Below, piece after piece: positions 28,293 to 37,045 of a stretch of DNA of 64,000 nucleotides (the stretch's first letter is position 1; each line of letters begins with the position of its first letter). A model generated the notes under the pieces. It did not search any database and was not told the origin of the DNA. It saw only the letters and a program-made list of their open reading frames with translations. Both the position numbers and the translations under genes were made by a program. This stretch comes from an uncultured Kiritimatiellota bacterium (GTDB lineage Bacteria > Verrucomicrobiota > Kiritimatiellia > RFP12 > DVOR01), in contig CALXSE010000003.1 of NCBI GenBank assembly GCA_944391085.1, positions 54,143 to 118,142 on the forward strand, given 5' to 3'.

Positions 28293-28328
28293 CACACTGT
28301 AATTGCGCAATCGCAGGAAAGAAGAAAC
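28293..28328 (+). promoter_or_regulatory. Recurrent motif copy B, 160 nt upstream of the serine recombinase gene; contains perfect palindrome ATTGCGCAAT
   Basis: gtcCACACTgtaattGCGCAATcgcAGgAAAgAagaaac. Confidence 0.5.
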
Positions 28329-28488
28329 GAAGAAGAAAAGGGCGCACCAAGGAAACGAAAACAGCGCCGGCCTCACAACGCCTGGGAGCAACGCCACCAC
28401 CGCCTCCTGACACCTGCCATCCCAACTCCCCAAACGCATCCCCCGCCCGCCATCCGCTCCCCCCGCACCCCGAAAGGCCCCCCGACCC

Positions 28489-29076
28489 ATGACTTACGGC
28501 TACATCCGCGTCTCCACCGACAAACAGACCGTCGAGAACCAACGCTTCGAAATCAAGCGCTTCTGCGCCAGCCAGGGCCTCCGCGTCGACAAGTGGATCG
28601 AGGAGACCGTCTCCGGCACCAAGCCCTGGTCCCGCCGCCGCCTGGGCAAGCTCCTGCGCCACGCCCACGGCGGCGACCTCCTGCTCTGCTCCGAGCTGTC
28701 ACGCCTGGGCCGCTCGCTCTTCATGATCCTGGAGGTGCTCAACCACTGCCTCCAGCGCGACATCCGCGTCTGGACCGTCAAGGACAACTACCGCCTGGGC
28801 GACGACATCCCTAGCAAGGTCCTCGCCTTCGCCCTGGGCATCTCCGCCGAGATCGAACGCAACCTGATCTCCCAGCGCACCCGCGAGGCCCTCGCCCGCC
28901 GCCGCGCCGAAGGCCTCCCCCTCGGCCGGCCGCAGGGCACCCGCACGCGGCGCCTTGCCCCCCACCGCGACACCATCCGCCGCCTCCTCGCCCAAGGCAC
29001 CCCAAAGACCCGCATCGCCCGCCGCCTCCGCGTCAACGTCGAGACCCTCCGCCGCTTCCTCAAACTGGAGCCCTAG
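28489..29076 (+). CDS. Serine recombinase (resolvase/DNA invertase family, Hin/Gin/Tn3-res-like) with C-terminal HTH
   Basis: MTYGYIRVSTDKQTVENQRFEIKRF... carries the catalytic Ser-containing YxRVSTxxQ motif. At 195 aa with a C-terminal basic HTH (TRIARRLRVNVETLRRFL) it is typical of small serine recombinases. Confidence 0.85.
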   Translation: MTYGYIRVSTDKQTVENQRFEIKRFCASQGLRVDKWIEETVSGTKPWSRRRLGKLLRHAHGGDLLLCSELSRLGRSLFMILEVLNHCLQRDIRVWTVKDNYRLGDDIPSKVLAFALGISAEIERNLISQRTREALARRRAEGLPLGRPQGTRTRRLAPHRDTIRRLLAQGTPKTRIARRLRVNVETLRRFLKLEP

Positions 29077-29127
29077 GCCCGCTGCGTCCCCGGCGGCCGC
29101 CTTAAGAAACACCTTCTGAGAAAGGCG

Positions 29128-29862
29128 CTAGGGCCGCGGGGTGCGCCAGAGGGCCAGGAACTCAACGTTGCCCTCGGGGCCAAGGAGGGGCGAGGGCGCG
29201 CAGGCCAGCCAGTCCAGCCCCAGCCCGCCCGTGCCGAAGGCGCGGATCTCCGCGACGACGCGCTCACGGACGGCGGGGTCGCGGACGACGCCCCTGGGCG
29301 CGTCCTTGCGCCCGGCCTCGAACTGCGGCTTGATGAGCGAGACCAGGAGGCTCCCGGGGGCCAGGCACGCGGCCATCGGCGGGAGGATGAGGCGCAGGGA
29401 AATGAAGGAGACGTCGGTGCAGCCGAATTGCGGCGTCTCCGGCAGGTCGCCGGGCGTCAGGAAGCGGCAGTTGAAGCGCTCCCTGCTCCAGACGCGCGGG
29501 TCGGTGCGCAGGCGGTAATGCAGCTGGTTGGTGCCCACGTCCAGGGCCAGCACGCGGCGCGCGCCGTGCTGGAGCAGGCAGTCGGTGAAGCCCCCCGTGC
29601 TGGCGCCGACGTCAAGGCAGCAGAGCCCCGCGACGTCCAGCCCAAAGGCCTCGAAGGCGCCCTGGAGCTTCTCGCCGCCGCGGCTGACGAAGCGGGGCCT
29701 GGCCAGCAGGGCCAGGGCGGCGCCCTCGGGCACAGGCTGGCTGGCCTTGGCGGCCTTCTGGCCGTTGACGGTGACCTCGCCGGCCAGGATGAGGCGCTGG
29801 GCGGCCTCGCGGCTTTCCACGAGGCCGGCCTGCACGAGGGCTTGGTCAAGGCGTTGGCGCAT
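29128..29862 (-). CDS. tlyA: TlyA family rRNA (cytidine-2'-O)-methyltransferase
   Basis: S4-like N-terminus (RLDQALVQAGLVESREAAQRLILAGEVTVNG) plus FtsJ-type MTase (LDVGASTGGFTDCLL). Confidence 0.85.
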   Translation of the reverse strand: MRQRLDQALVQAGLVESREAAQRLILAGEVTVNGQKAAKASQPVPEGAALALLARPRFVSRGGEKLQGAFEAFGLDVAGLCCLDVGASTGGFTDCLLQHGARRVLALDVGTNQLHYRLRTDPRVWSRERFNCRFLTPGDLPETPQFGCTDVSFISLRLILPPMAACLAPGSLLVSLIKPQFEAGRKDAPRGVVRDPAVRERVVAEIRAFGTGGLGLDWLACAPSPLLGPEGNVEFLALWRTPRP

Positions 29863-30908
29863 CAGCGGAAAAGGTATTGCGGCGCGGACGCGCCCCGGCT
29901 CAGGAAAGGCTCGGCCAGGCCGCGGCCCAGGGCGGCGGGGAACTCGTCATAGAGGGCCCGGAAGGCGTTGCCGCGGCGGCGCGGCGCGCAAAAGGCCAGG
30001 TCGTCCTCGGCGCAGCCCAGCAGGCGGGCAAGCTCGGCGCCGAGCGTGTCCTCATAGCCCACGTCGTCGGCCAGGCGCAGGTTCACCGCGTCCGAGGCCG
30101 AGAAGACGCGCCCATCCGCCACGGCGCGGACGTCGGCCTCGGTAAGGCCGCGCCCCCTGGCCACGACGGCCACGAAGCGCGCGTGCATCGCCTCCACCAC
30201 GCCGCGCAGGACGGCCGTCCGCGCGGGGTCGGCGGGCTTGAGCGGGTTGCCCAGATCCTTCATCGGGCCGGAGGCGACCGAGGCGTCCGCCACGCCGAGG
30301 CGCCGGGCCAGGGCGGAGGCGTCCAGCCCGGGCAGGATAACGCCGATGGAGCCGGCGACGGTGGTGGGGCTGAGGCGGATCCAATCGGCCTGCATGGCCA
30401 CGTAGTACGCGCCGCTGGCCAGCAGGCCGCCGGCCTGGACGACGACCTTGCGCCCGGGCCTGGCGGCCTTGAAGCGCTCAAGCGCGTGATACAGCGCGTC
30501 GCTGGCGCCGACCGCGCCGCCGGGGCTGTCGATGACCAGGAGGATGGCGTCCACGGACGCGTCGTCGATGGCCCGCTCGATCTCCTCCCGCACCGCCGCC
30601 GCGCAGTCCTCCGGGCGATACCAGCGGCTGGGCGCCGCGTCGGCGATGACGCCGCCCAGCTCCAGGCGCAGCACGCGCCGCGCCCCCTCGCGCGCCGCGT
30701 CGCCGCCCAACGCCCGGTAGCGGGGCGCAGACTCGGCGGACGCCGCGGCGCGGGAAGCCACCGCGACGATGCCCGCCGGCACCCCCACGGCCAGCAGCGC
30801 CAGCAGCAGGACCGAGCCCAGGCACCCGCAGAGGATGCCCGGCAGGCATCCCCCGAAGCGGCGCGGCCTGGGCGGGGGCGGCGGAAAGGCGGCGGTCTCG
30901 TTTTCCAT
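29862..30908 (-). CDS. sppA: Signal peptide peptidase SppA (S49 family, 36K type)
   Basis: N-terminal TM segment followed by an S49 domain (LLVIDSPGGAVGASDALYHAL...AGGLLASGAYYVAMQAD). Confidence 0.8.
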   Translation of the reverse strand: MENETAAFPPPPPRPRRFGGCLPGILCGCLGSVLLLALLAVGVPAGIVAVASRAAASAESAPRYRALGGDAAREGARRVLRLELGGVIADAAPSRWYRPEDCAAAVREEIERAIDDASVDAILLVIDSPGGAVGASDALYHALERFKAARPGRKVVVQAGGLLASGAYYVAMQADWIRLSPTTVAGSIGVILPGLDASALARRLGVADASVASGPMKDLGNPLKPADPARTAVLRGVVEAMHARFVAVVARGRGLTEADVRAVADGRVFSASDAVNLRLADDVGYEDTLGAELARLLGCAEDDLAFCAPRRRGNAFRALYDEFPAALGRGLAEPFLSRGASAPQYLFR

Positions 30909-30911
30909 GGC

Positions 30912-31838
30912 TCACTCCTTGTAGCCGAGTTCCTTGAGGATGAAATGGTTCTTGAACCAGTTGGGCTCCACGCGCACGAAGGGGACGATCGTGCACCCGG
31001 CCAGGCCGTAGGCCTCGGCGATCTCCGGCTCGGCGGCGCGGCGCATGGCGCGCAGCGTGCGGCCCTTGTTGCCGATGACCATGCCCTTCTGCGAGGGGCG
31101 GTTCACCAGCAGCGTGGCGAAGACCTCCCACGTGCCGTCGGGCCGCTCGTCGATGCGCTCCACGCGCACGCCCAGCTGGTGCGGCACCTCCTGGAAGAGG
31201 CGGCGGATGAGCTTCTCGCGGATGATGTCGGCGATGGCCAGCCGCCGCGGGAAGTCGCTCACGATGTCCTCCGGGAAAGGCAGGGCCTCGCAGGCCGGCG
31301 CCAGGCCGAACAGCCGATCCACCAGCGCCCCGCACCCCGCGCCCGTCTCCGCCGAAAGCTCCAGCCACGGGATCTCCCGCCCCACCCCTTTCTCCCGGCT
31401 GATGCGCGCCCACGCGGCCCGGAACGGCGCCGGGTCGAAGCCCGCCGCGTCGGCCTTGTTCAGCGCGAAGAGCGCTGGCGCCTCAGAGAAGGCCGCCCGC
31501 GCCATCCACCCCTCGTCCTCCAGGCGCACCGGCGCCGCGCCGTCGAAGACCACCACCAGCGCGTCCGCCCCCTGCCCCGCCCCGCGGGACATCTTGTTCA
31601 TCAGCGCCCCCAGCTCGTTCTCGGCCTTGTGCGCCCCGGGCGTGTCCAGGAAGACCAGTTGCCCGCGCGCCTCGGTGAGGATGGCGCGGATGCGGTTGCG
31701 CGTCGTCTGCTCCATCCCCGAGACGATCGACACCTTTTCCCCGACCAAGCGGTTCACGAGCGTCGACTTGCCCGAGTTCGTCCGCCCCACCACGGCCACC
31801 ATCGCCGCCCGGGGCCCCTGCTCTTCCTTCGCTTCCAT
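30912..31838 (-). CDS. era: GTPase Era
   Basis: VAVVGRTNSGKSTLVNRLVG...DTPG...NKAD G-motifs plus a KH domain. Start chosen at MEAKEEQG (31838) because a TGGTAGAAT extended -10 lies 7 nt upstream, which fits a leaderless mRNA. An alternative start is 31847. Confidence 0.88.
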   Translation of the reverse strand: MEAKEEQGPRAAMVAVVGRTNSGKSTLVNRLVGEKVSIVSGMEQTTRNRIRAILTEARGQLVFLDTPGAHKAENELGALMNKMSRGAGQGADALVVVFDGAAPVRLEDEGWMARAAFSEAPALFALNKADAAGFDPAPFRAAWARISREKGVGREIPWLELSAETGAGCGALVDRLFGLAPACEALPFPEDIVSDFPRRLAIADIIREKLIRRLFQEVPHQLGVRVERIDERPDGTWEVFATLLVNRPSQKGMVIGNKGRTLRAMRRAAEPEIAEAYGLAGCTIVPFVRVEPNWFKNHFILKELGYKE

Positions 31839-31872
31839 GCTCCCCATTCTACCAAAATGCTATAATGCCCGC
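31839..31872. promoter_or_regulatory. Back-to-back divergent extended -10 promoters for era (minus) and trmH (plus); both genes apparently leaderless
   Basis: Minus strand: TTGGTAGAAT (plus-strand 31846-54), then 7 nt, then era ATG at 31838. Plus strand: TGCTATAAT (31858-66), then 6 nt, then trmH ATG at 31873. No SD is present on either side. Confidence 0.55.
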
Positions 31873-32733
31873 ATGATCACCCCGCTCACCTCCCTGGCCA
31901 ACCCCCGCGTCAAGGCCGCCGTCAAGCTCCGCCAGCGCTCCCACCGCGACGACGCCGGGCTCATGCTCGTCGAAGGCTACCGCGAGATCCGCCGCGCCCT
32001 CGACCACGCCTACCGCCCCACCCAGCTCTTCTACTGCGAGGAACTCTGGCTCAAGCACGAGAACGAGCCCGCCCTCGTCGAGCGCTGCCGCGCCCTCGGC
32101 GCCCACCTCTTCCCCTGCTCCCGCGCCGTCTTCGAGAAGCTCGCCTACCGCGAACGCCCCGACGGCCTCCTCGCCGTCGGCCCCCAGGTCGCCAGGCGCC
32201 TCGAAGACCTCCGCCTCCCCCCCAACCCCCTCCTCCTCGTCTGCGAGGCCATCGAGAAGCCCGGCAACCTCGGCACCATCCTCCGCTCCGCGGACGCCTC
32301 CGGCGCCGCCGCCGTCATCGTCTGCGACCCCTGCACCGACATCCACAACCCCAACGTCGTGCGCGCCTCCACCGGCACCCTCTTCACCCTCCCCGTCGCG
32401 CAGACCACCGCCGCCGAGCTCCTGCCCTGGCTCCGCGCCCGCCGCATCCCCATCCTCGCGGCCTCCCCCCACGCCGAGAAGCTCCACTTCCAGCAATCCC
32501 TCACCGGCCCCGTCGCCCTCTGCCTCGGCAGCGAGCAATACGGCCTCACCGAGGCCTTCATGGACGGCGCCGACCTCCGCGTCCGCATCCCCATGCTCGG
32601 CGTCGCCGACAGCCTCAACGTCTCCGCCGCCGCCACCATCCTCCTCGCCGAGGCCCTCCGCCAACGCATCCTCTCCGGCGCCCTCACCCCCCCGCCCCCC
32701 GAACCCTGGCACGGCCACACCCACGACCAATGA
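31873..32733 (+). CDS. TrmH/SpoU family RNA 2'-O-methyltransferase
   Basis: SPOUT motifs (LLLVCEAIEKPGNLGTILRSADASGA...LGSEQYGL...IPMLGVADSLNVSAAA). ATG at 31873 lies 6 nt after a TGCTATAAT extended -10. The track ORF begins about 830 nt earlier as the antisense of era. Confidence 0.8.
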   Translation: MITPLTSLANPRVKAAVKLRQRSHRDDAGLMLVEGYREIRRALDHAYRPTQLFYCEELWLKHENEPALVERCRALGAHLFPCSRAVFEKLAYRERPDGLLAVGPQVARRLEDLRLPPNPLLLVCEAIEKPGNLGTILRSADASGAAAVIVCDPCTDIHNPNVVRASTGTLFTLPVAQTTAAELLPWLRARRIPILAASPHAEKLHFQQSLTGPVALCLGSEQYGLTEAFMDGADLRVRIPMLGVADSLNVSAAATILLAEALRQRILSGALTPPPPEPWHGHTHDQ

Positions 32734-32817
32734 CCGCCGCCCGCGGCGGCGCGGGGACGGGGGGAAAAGGCTCTCAAGGCAAGTCCCGGCGGGACGCCGC
32801 CGGGGGCTGCGCGGGGA

Positions 32818-33333
32818 TCAGCGGGACCAGGCGAGGGCGCGCTCGGAGGCCGCCGCGCGCTCCGCGTCGAAACGCTCGGGGGCGGCGGCTAGGTAGGCCG
32901 TGCCGCAGCGGACGCAGAAGGCCCCCGGGTTCAGCGCCGCGCCGCACTCGGGGCACGCGCGCTCGAGCACCTCGCCGCACCAGGCGCAGTGGCGCTCGCC
33001 CTCGCGCGCCAGGCGGCCGCGCGGCACCAGGGCCACGGCCTGGCCCACGCGCACGGGCAGGTTGCTGGGGCAGTCGGGGTTCGGGCAGTAGGCGCGCTCG
33101 CCCTGCGCCTGGGGCGCGTCTGCGGCGAGCTCGCCCTCGGCGGGGGGGAGCAGGCCCAGGGCGGCGCACAGGCGCCCGACCGTCTCGGCGGAGAGCGCGG
33201 TGGCGCGGCCAAGCTCGTACATCGAGAGGGCCGATTGCTTGCACCCCACCTGCCGGGCCAGATCGCTCTGGCTCAGGTGGCGGCGCAGGCGCGCCTCGCG
33301 GATTTGGTTGCCCAAGGTCTTCATTCGGCGCAT
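32818..33333 (-). CDS. XRE-family HTH transcriptional regulator with C-terminal double zinc-ribbon (four CxxC pairs)
   Basis: QIREARLRRHLSQSDLARQVGCKQSALSMYELG is a Cro/C1-type HTH. The C-terminal CPNPDC...CAWCG...CPECG...CVRCG supplies the zinc ribbons. Start uncertain between 33333 and 33324. Confidence 0.7.
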   Translation of the reverse strand: MRRMKTLGNQIREARLRRHLSQSDLARQVGCKQSALSMYELGRATALSAETVGRLCAALGLLPPAEGELAADAPQAQGERAYCPNPDCPSNLPVRVGQAVALVPRGRLAREGERHCAWCGEVLERACPECGAALNPGAFCVRCGTAYLAAAPERFDAERAAASERALAWSR

Positions 33334-33357
33334 AGGATAGCCGATTTCCCGTCCCGG

Positions 33358-33374
33358 CGCAAGCGGCGCTTGCG
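33358..33374. promoter_or_regulatory. 17-bp palindrome CGCAAGCG-g-CGCTTGCG in the divergent XRE-regulator/lyase intergenic region (candidate operator)
   Basis: Perfect 8-bp arms around one central nt, sited between the divergent genes 32818..33333 and 33441..34889. Confidence 0.45.
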
Positions 33375-33440
33375 GGGGCGGCGGGGATGCGGTATGATAA
33401 GGGGGTTTTTGACCCCAGACGGAAACGGAAGGAAAACGAC

Positions 33441-34889
33441 ATGGCAAACGTGAAGTTCCACAGCGGCAGGCAGCTCCCCCTTGAGATGCACAAGGTGCGC
33501 ATCGTGCAGAAGCTCTTCCTCCCGCCGGTGGAGGCGCGCCTGCGCCTGATGAACGAGGCGGGGAACAACACCTTCCTGCTGCAGAACAAAGACGTCTTCA
33601 TGGACATGCTGACGGACTCCGGCGTCAACGCGATGAGCGACCTCCAGCAATCGGCCATGCTCCGCGCCGACGACGCCTATGCCGGCTCGGAAACCTACAA
33701 CCGCCTGGCCGCGAAGGTGCGCGAGCTCTTCCACATGGACTATTTCCTGCCCGCCCACCAGGGCCGCGCCGCGGAGAACGTCCTGGCCACCGCCTACCTC
33801 AAGCCCGGCGACGTGGTGCCCATGAACTTCCACTTCACCACCACCAAAGCCCACATCACCCGCCTGGGCGGCGCCGTCGAGGAGCTCATCGTCAAGGAAG
33901 GCCTCGAGGCCGTCAACGATTGCCCCTTCAAGGGCAACTTCGACATCCCCCGCCTCGAGGCCCTCATCGGGAAGGTCGGCGCGGAAAAGATCCCCTTCGT
34001 CCGCGTCGAGGCCGGCACCAACCTCGTCGGCGGCCAGCCCCTCTCCCTCCAAAACATGCGCGAGGTCGCCGCCGTCTGCAACAGGCACGGCATCAAGCTC
34101 GTCCTCGACGCCTCGCTCCTCCAGGACAACCTCTGGTTCATCAAGCAACGCGAGCCGGAGTGCAGGGACTGGCCCATCCGCCGGATCGTCGACGAGGTGG
34201 CCAAGCTCTTCGACATCATCTACTTCTCCGCCCGCAAGCTCGGCTTCGCCCGCGGCGGCGGAATCGCCATCCGCGACAAGGCCGACGAAGTCCGCATGAA
34301 GGAGCTCATCCCCCTCTACGAGGGCTTCCTCACCTACGGCGGCATGTCCGTGCGCGAGATGGAGGCCATCGTCGTCGGCCTCGACGAGACGCTCGACGAG
34401 GACGTCATCAGCCAAGGCCCCCAGTTCATCGAGTACATGGCCGGCGAGCTCCACAGGCGCGGCGTCCCCGTCGTCCTCCCCGCCGGCGGCCTCGGCTGCC
34501 ACATCAACGCCACCGCGTTCCTCGACCACATCCCGCAAAGCCAATACCCCGCCGGCGCCCTCGCCGCCGCCCTCTACATCGCCGGCGGCATCCGCGGCAT
34601 GGAGCGCGGCACCCTCTCCGAGCAGCGCAACGAGGACGGCTCCGAACGCTTCGCCGAGCTCGAGCTCCTGCGCCTGGCCATGCCCCGCCGCGTCTACACC
34701 CTCTCCCAGGTCGAATACGCCATCGACCGCGTCCAATGGCTCTACGAGAACCGCCGCCTCGTCGGCGGCCTCACCTTCGTCGAGGAACCCAGCGTCCTGC
34801 GCTTCTTCTTCGGCCGCCTCGCCCCCGTCGGCGACTGGCAGGAGAAGCTCGTGGCCAAGTTCCGCGCCGACTTCGGCGACTCCCTCTGA
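33441..34889 (+). CDS. Beta-eliminating lyase (tryptophanase / tyrosine phenol-lyase family, PLP-dependent)
   Basis: 482 aa: MANVKFHSGRQLPLEMHKVRIVQKL... and SARKLGFARGGGIAIRD (PLP-Lys region), characteristic of TnaA/TPL. SD GGAAGGAAAA upstream of the ATG at 33441. Confidence 0.85.
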   Translation: MANVKFHSGRQLPLEMHKVRIVQKLFLPPVEARLRLMNEAGNNTFLLQNKDVFMDMLTDSGVNAMSDLQQSAMLRADDAYAGSETYNRLAAKVRELFHMDYFLPAHQGRAAENVLATAYLKPGDVVPMNFHFTTTKAHITRLGGAVEELIVKEGLEAVNDCPFKGNFDIPRLEALIGKVGAEKIPFVRVEAGTNLVGGQPLSLQNMREVAAVCNRHGIKLVLDASLLQDNLWFIKQREPECRDWPIRRIVDEVAKLFDIIYFSARKLGFARGGGIAIRDKADEVRMKELIPLYEGFLTYGGMSVREMEAIVVGLDETLDEDVISQGPQFIEYMAGELHRRGVPVVLPAGGLGCHINATAFLDHIPQSQYPAGALAAALYIAGGIRGMERGTLSEQRNEDGSERFAELELLRLAMPRRVYTLSQVEYAIDRVQWLYENRRLVGGLTFVEEPSVLRFFFGRLAPVGDWQEKLVAKFRADFGDSL

Positions 34890-34944
34890 GCCGGCGCCCG
34901 CGCGGCAAAAAAAGCGCCCCGGCCACGAAGGCCGGGGCGTTTTC

Positions 34945-35697
34945 TCAAAACGCGCAGCGCCCGGAGGCGCGCAGGGAAAGATAGGCGGGCGACAGATCCG
35001 GGCGGCCCAGGATCAGATGGTCGCGCAAAGGGATGCCCAGCGTGCGCCCCGCGCGGATGAGCGCCTCGGTGGCCTCGAGATCCTGCGCGCTGGGGGTGAC
35101 GTCGCCGGAAGGATGGTTGTGCGCCACCACCACGCCCCCGGCGCCCAGCAGGATGGCCCGGCGGAAAAGGGTCGCCGGGTCGATGAGCGTCTGGTCCAGC
35201 AGGCCGGCGGTGATGAGGTCGGGCCCCTCCCCGATGGGGCGGCGGGCCTTGTCCAGGAAGATCGCCCAGAACCCCTCGCGCGTGAAACGGGTGCTCGCGG
35301 TGAAGAAAAGCCCCGCCATCTCCGAGGCCAGCAGGAGCGGCTTGGGGAGCGCCCCCCGCTCACGGGGCGAGAAGACGCGCGCGCCGAACTCGATGGTCGC
35401 CAGGAGCGTGGCGATCTTGTCCTCGCCGATGCCGCTGAGTTCCCCGCGGTGCTGGCGCACGAAGGCGCGGAACTCCTCGCGGTCGTACGTCCGCAGCTGC
35501 GCCAGGCCGCGCGGGCCGAGCGCCGCGATGAAGTTCGCCGCCAGCTGCCCCACGTTGCAGCCCTTGACGCCCGTGCGCAGGACGATGGCCAGCAGCTCGG
35601 CATCGGTGAGGCGCTCCGGGCCATACCGCCACAGCTTCTCGCGCGGGCGCTCGCCCTCAGGCAGGTCCGCGATGCGCACGCCCCCCGCCGCGCTCAT
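34945..35697 (-). CDS. radC: RadC-family JAB/MPN domain protein
   Basis: C-terminal HNHPSGDVTPSAQDLEATEAL (JAMM-like motif) and N-terminal HhH (ERLTDAELLAIVLRTG). The real start MSAAGG lies immediately after the miaA stop. Confidence 0.85.
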   Translation of the reverse strand: MSAAGGVRIADLPEGERPREKLWRYGPERLTDAELLAIVLRTGVKGCNVGQLAANFIAALGPRGLAQLRTYDREEFRAFVRQHRGELSGIGEDKIATLLATIEFGARVFSPRERGALPKPLLLASEMAGLFFTASTRFTREGFWAIFLDKARRPIGEGPDLITAGLLDQTLIDPATLFRRAILLGAGGVVVAHNHPSGDVTPSAQDLEATEALIRAGRTLGIPLRDHLILGRPDLSPAYLSLRASGRCAF

Positions 35698-36569
35698 GCC
35701 GCCCCCCACCGCTCGGCGACGCGCCGCGCCAGGCCCTCCACGCCCTCGCCCGGCCGCGCCGCCACCCAATCCACCTCGAACTGATGGCGCAGGTACGTCT
35801 CCTGCCGCCGGGCCAACTGCCGCGTGCGCACCACCGTCCGCTCCCGCGCCTCCGCCTCCGAGAGCCGCCCGTCCAGCACGCCGAAGGCCTCCGCGTAGCC
35901 GATGGCCTGCGCCGCGGTGCGCGACCAGGCCGGCCAGCGCGCCCGGAGCGCCCGCGCCTCCTCGATCAGCCCCCCGGCGTACATCGCCCCCACCCGCTCG
36001 GCGATCCGCGCGTGCAGCGCCGCGCGCGGCCAGGTCAGGGCCGTGAGGGCAGGCCTTTCGGCGCGGGCCCACCCCCGCGGCAGGTCAAGCCCCTGCTCCA
36101 AAAACTCCAGCGCCCGCACCAAACGCCGCGGGTTCGCCGCGTCGGGCACCGTGCGCCCATGGGCGGCCAGGCGGGCACGGAGGGCCTCGGGGGGGAGCGC
36201 CTCGAGCGCGGCGCGGAGGGCGGGGTTGGGCGGCGGCGCGGGGTCAAGCCCGCGCAGGAGGGCCGAAAAGTAAAGCCCCGTGCCGCCGACAGCGATCAGG
36301 CGCGGCTCGGCGGCACGGGCGCGCCCGGCCTCGTCCAGCCAGCGGGCGGCGGAGAAGGGCTCGCTGGGGGGGATACAGTCGACGCCGTAATAGCGCACGC
36401 CGCCGCGCTCGGCCAGGGTGGGCTTGGCGGTGCCGATGTCCAGCCCCCGGTAGACGAGCATGGCGTCGGCCGAGAGGATGGCCGCGCCGAGGCGTTCGGC
36501 CAAAAGCTGGGCGACGGCGCTTTTGCCCGTGGCCGTAGCCCCCGCCAGGCACCAGCGCGCGGCGTCCAT
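35694..36569 (-). CDS. miaA: tRNA dimethylallyltransferase
   Basis: MDAARWCLAGATATGKSAVAQLLAERLGAAILSADAMLVYRGLDIGTAKP is the P-loop MiaA N-terminus. The 794-aa track ORF 35694..38078 is an artefactual read-through of an R/G-rich frame. Confidence 0.85.
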   Translation of the reverse strand: MDAARWCLAGATATGKSAVAQLLAERLGAAILSADAMLVYRGLDIGTAKPTLAERGGVRYYGVDCIPPSEPFSAARWLDEAGRARAAEPRLIAVGGTGLYFSALLRGLDPAPPPNPALRAALEALPPEALRARLAAHGRTVPDAANPRRLVRALEFLEQGLDLPRGWARAERPALTALTWPRAALHARIAERVGAMYAGGLIEEARALRARWPAWSRTAAQAIGYAEAFGVLDGRLSEAEARERTVVRTRQLARRQETYLRHQFEVDWVAARPGEGVEGLARRVAERWGAA

Positions 36570-37042
36570 CAGGCCCCTTTCCCCCGGCCGCGCCCCTCCC
36601 ACCATTGCAGGGCGATGAGCGCGGCCACGCCCACGCAGATGGCGCTGTCGGCGACGTTGAAGCAGGGGAAATGCCAGGCGCCCCAATGGAAGTCGAGGAA
36701 GTCCACCACGTAGCCCAGGCGCACGCGGTCGATCAGGTTGCCCACGATGCCGCCGAGCAGGAGCCCGCCCAGCGGCGCGGCCCAGGCATGGTCGCCGAAG
36801 ATCCTGCGCCAGAACAGGCAGCAGAGCGCGACGGCCACCGCACCGAAGCCGGCCAGCCAGAGGTGCGCGCCCTGGAAAAGCCCCCACGCGGCGCCCTGGT
36901 TGCGCACGTACGTCAGGGAAAAGAACGGCAGCAGCGGGAGCGTCTCGCCAGGCGCGAAGGCGCCCACCACCCAGAGCTTCGTGCCCTGATCCAGCGCGAC
37001 CACGGCAAGGGCGACGGCGGCCGCGAAGAAGAACCGGCGCAT
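36569..37042 (-). CDS. lspA: Lipoprotein signal peptidase (signal peptidase II)
   Basis: 157-aa membrane protein (LDQGTKLWVV...YVRNQGAAWG...FNVADSAICVG) with conserved LspA motifs. Its stop overlaps the miaA start. Confidence 0.8.
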   Translation of the reverse strand: MRRFFFAAAVALAVVALDQGTKLWVVGAFAPGETLPLLPFFSLTYVRNQGAAWGLFQGAHLWLAGFGAVAVALCCLFWRRIFGDHAWAAPLGGLLLGGIVGNLIDRVRLGYVVDFLDFHWGAWHFPCFNVADSAICVGVAALIALQWWEGRGRGKGA

Positions 37043-37045
37043 GGC

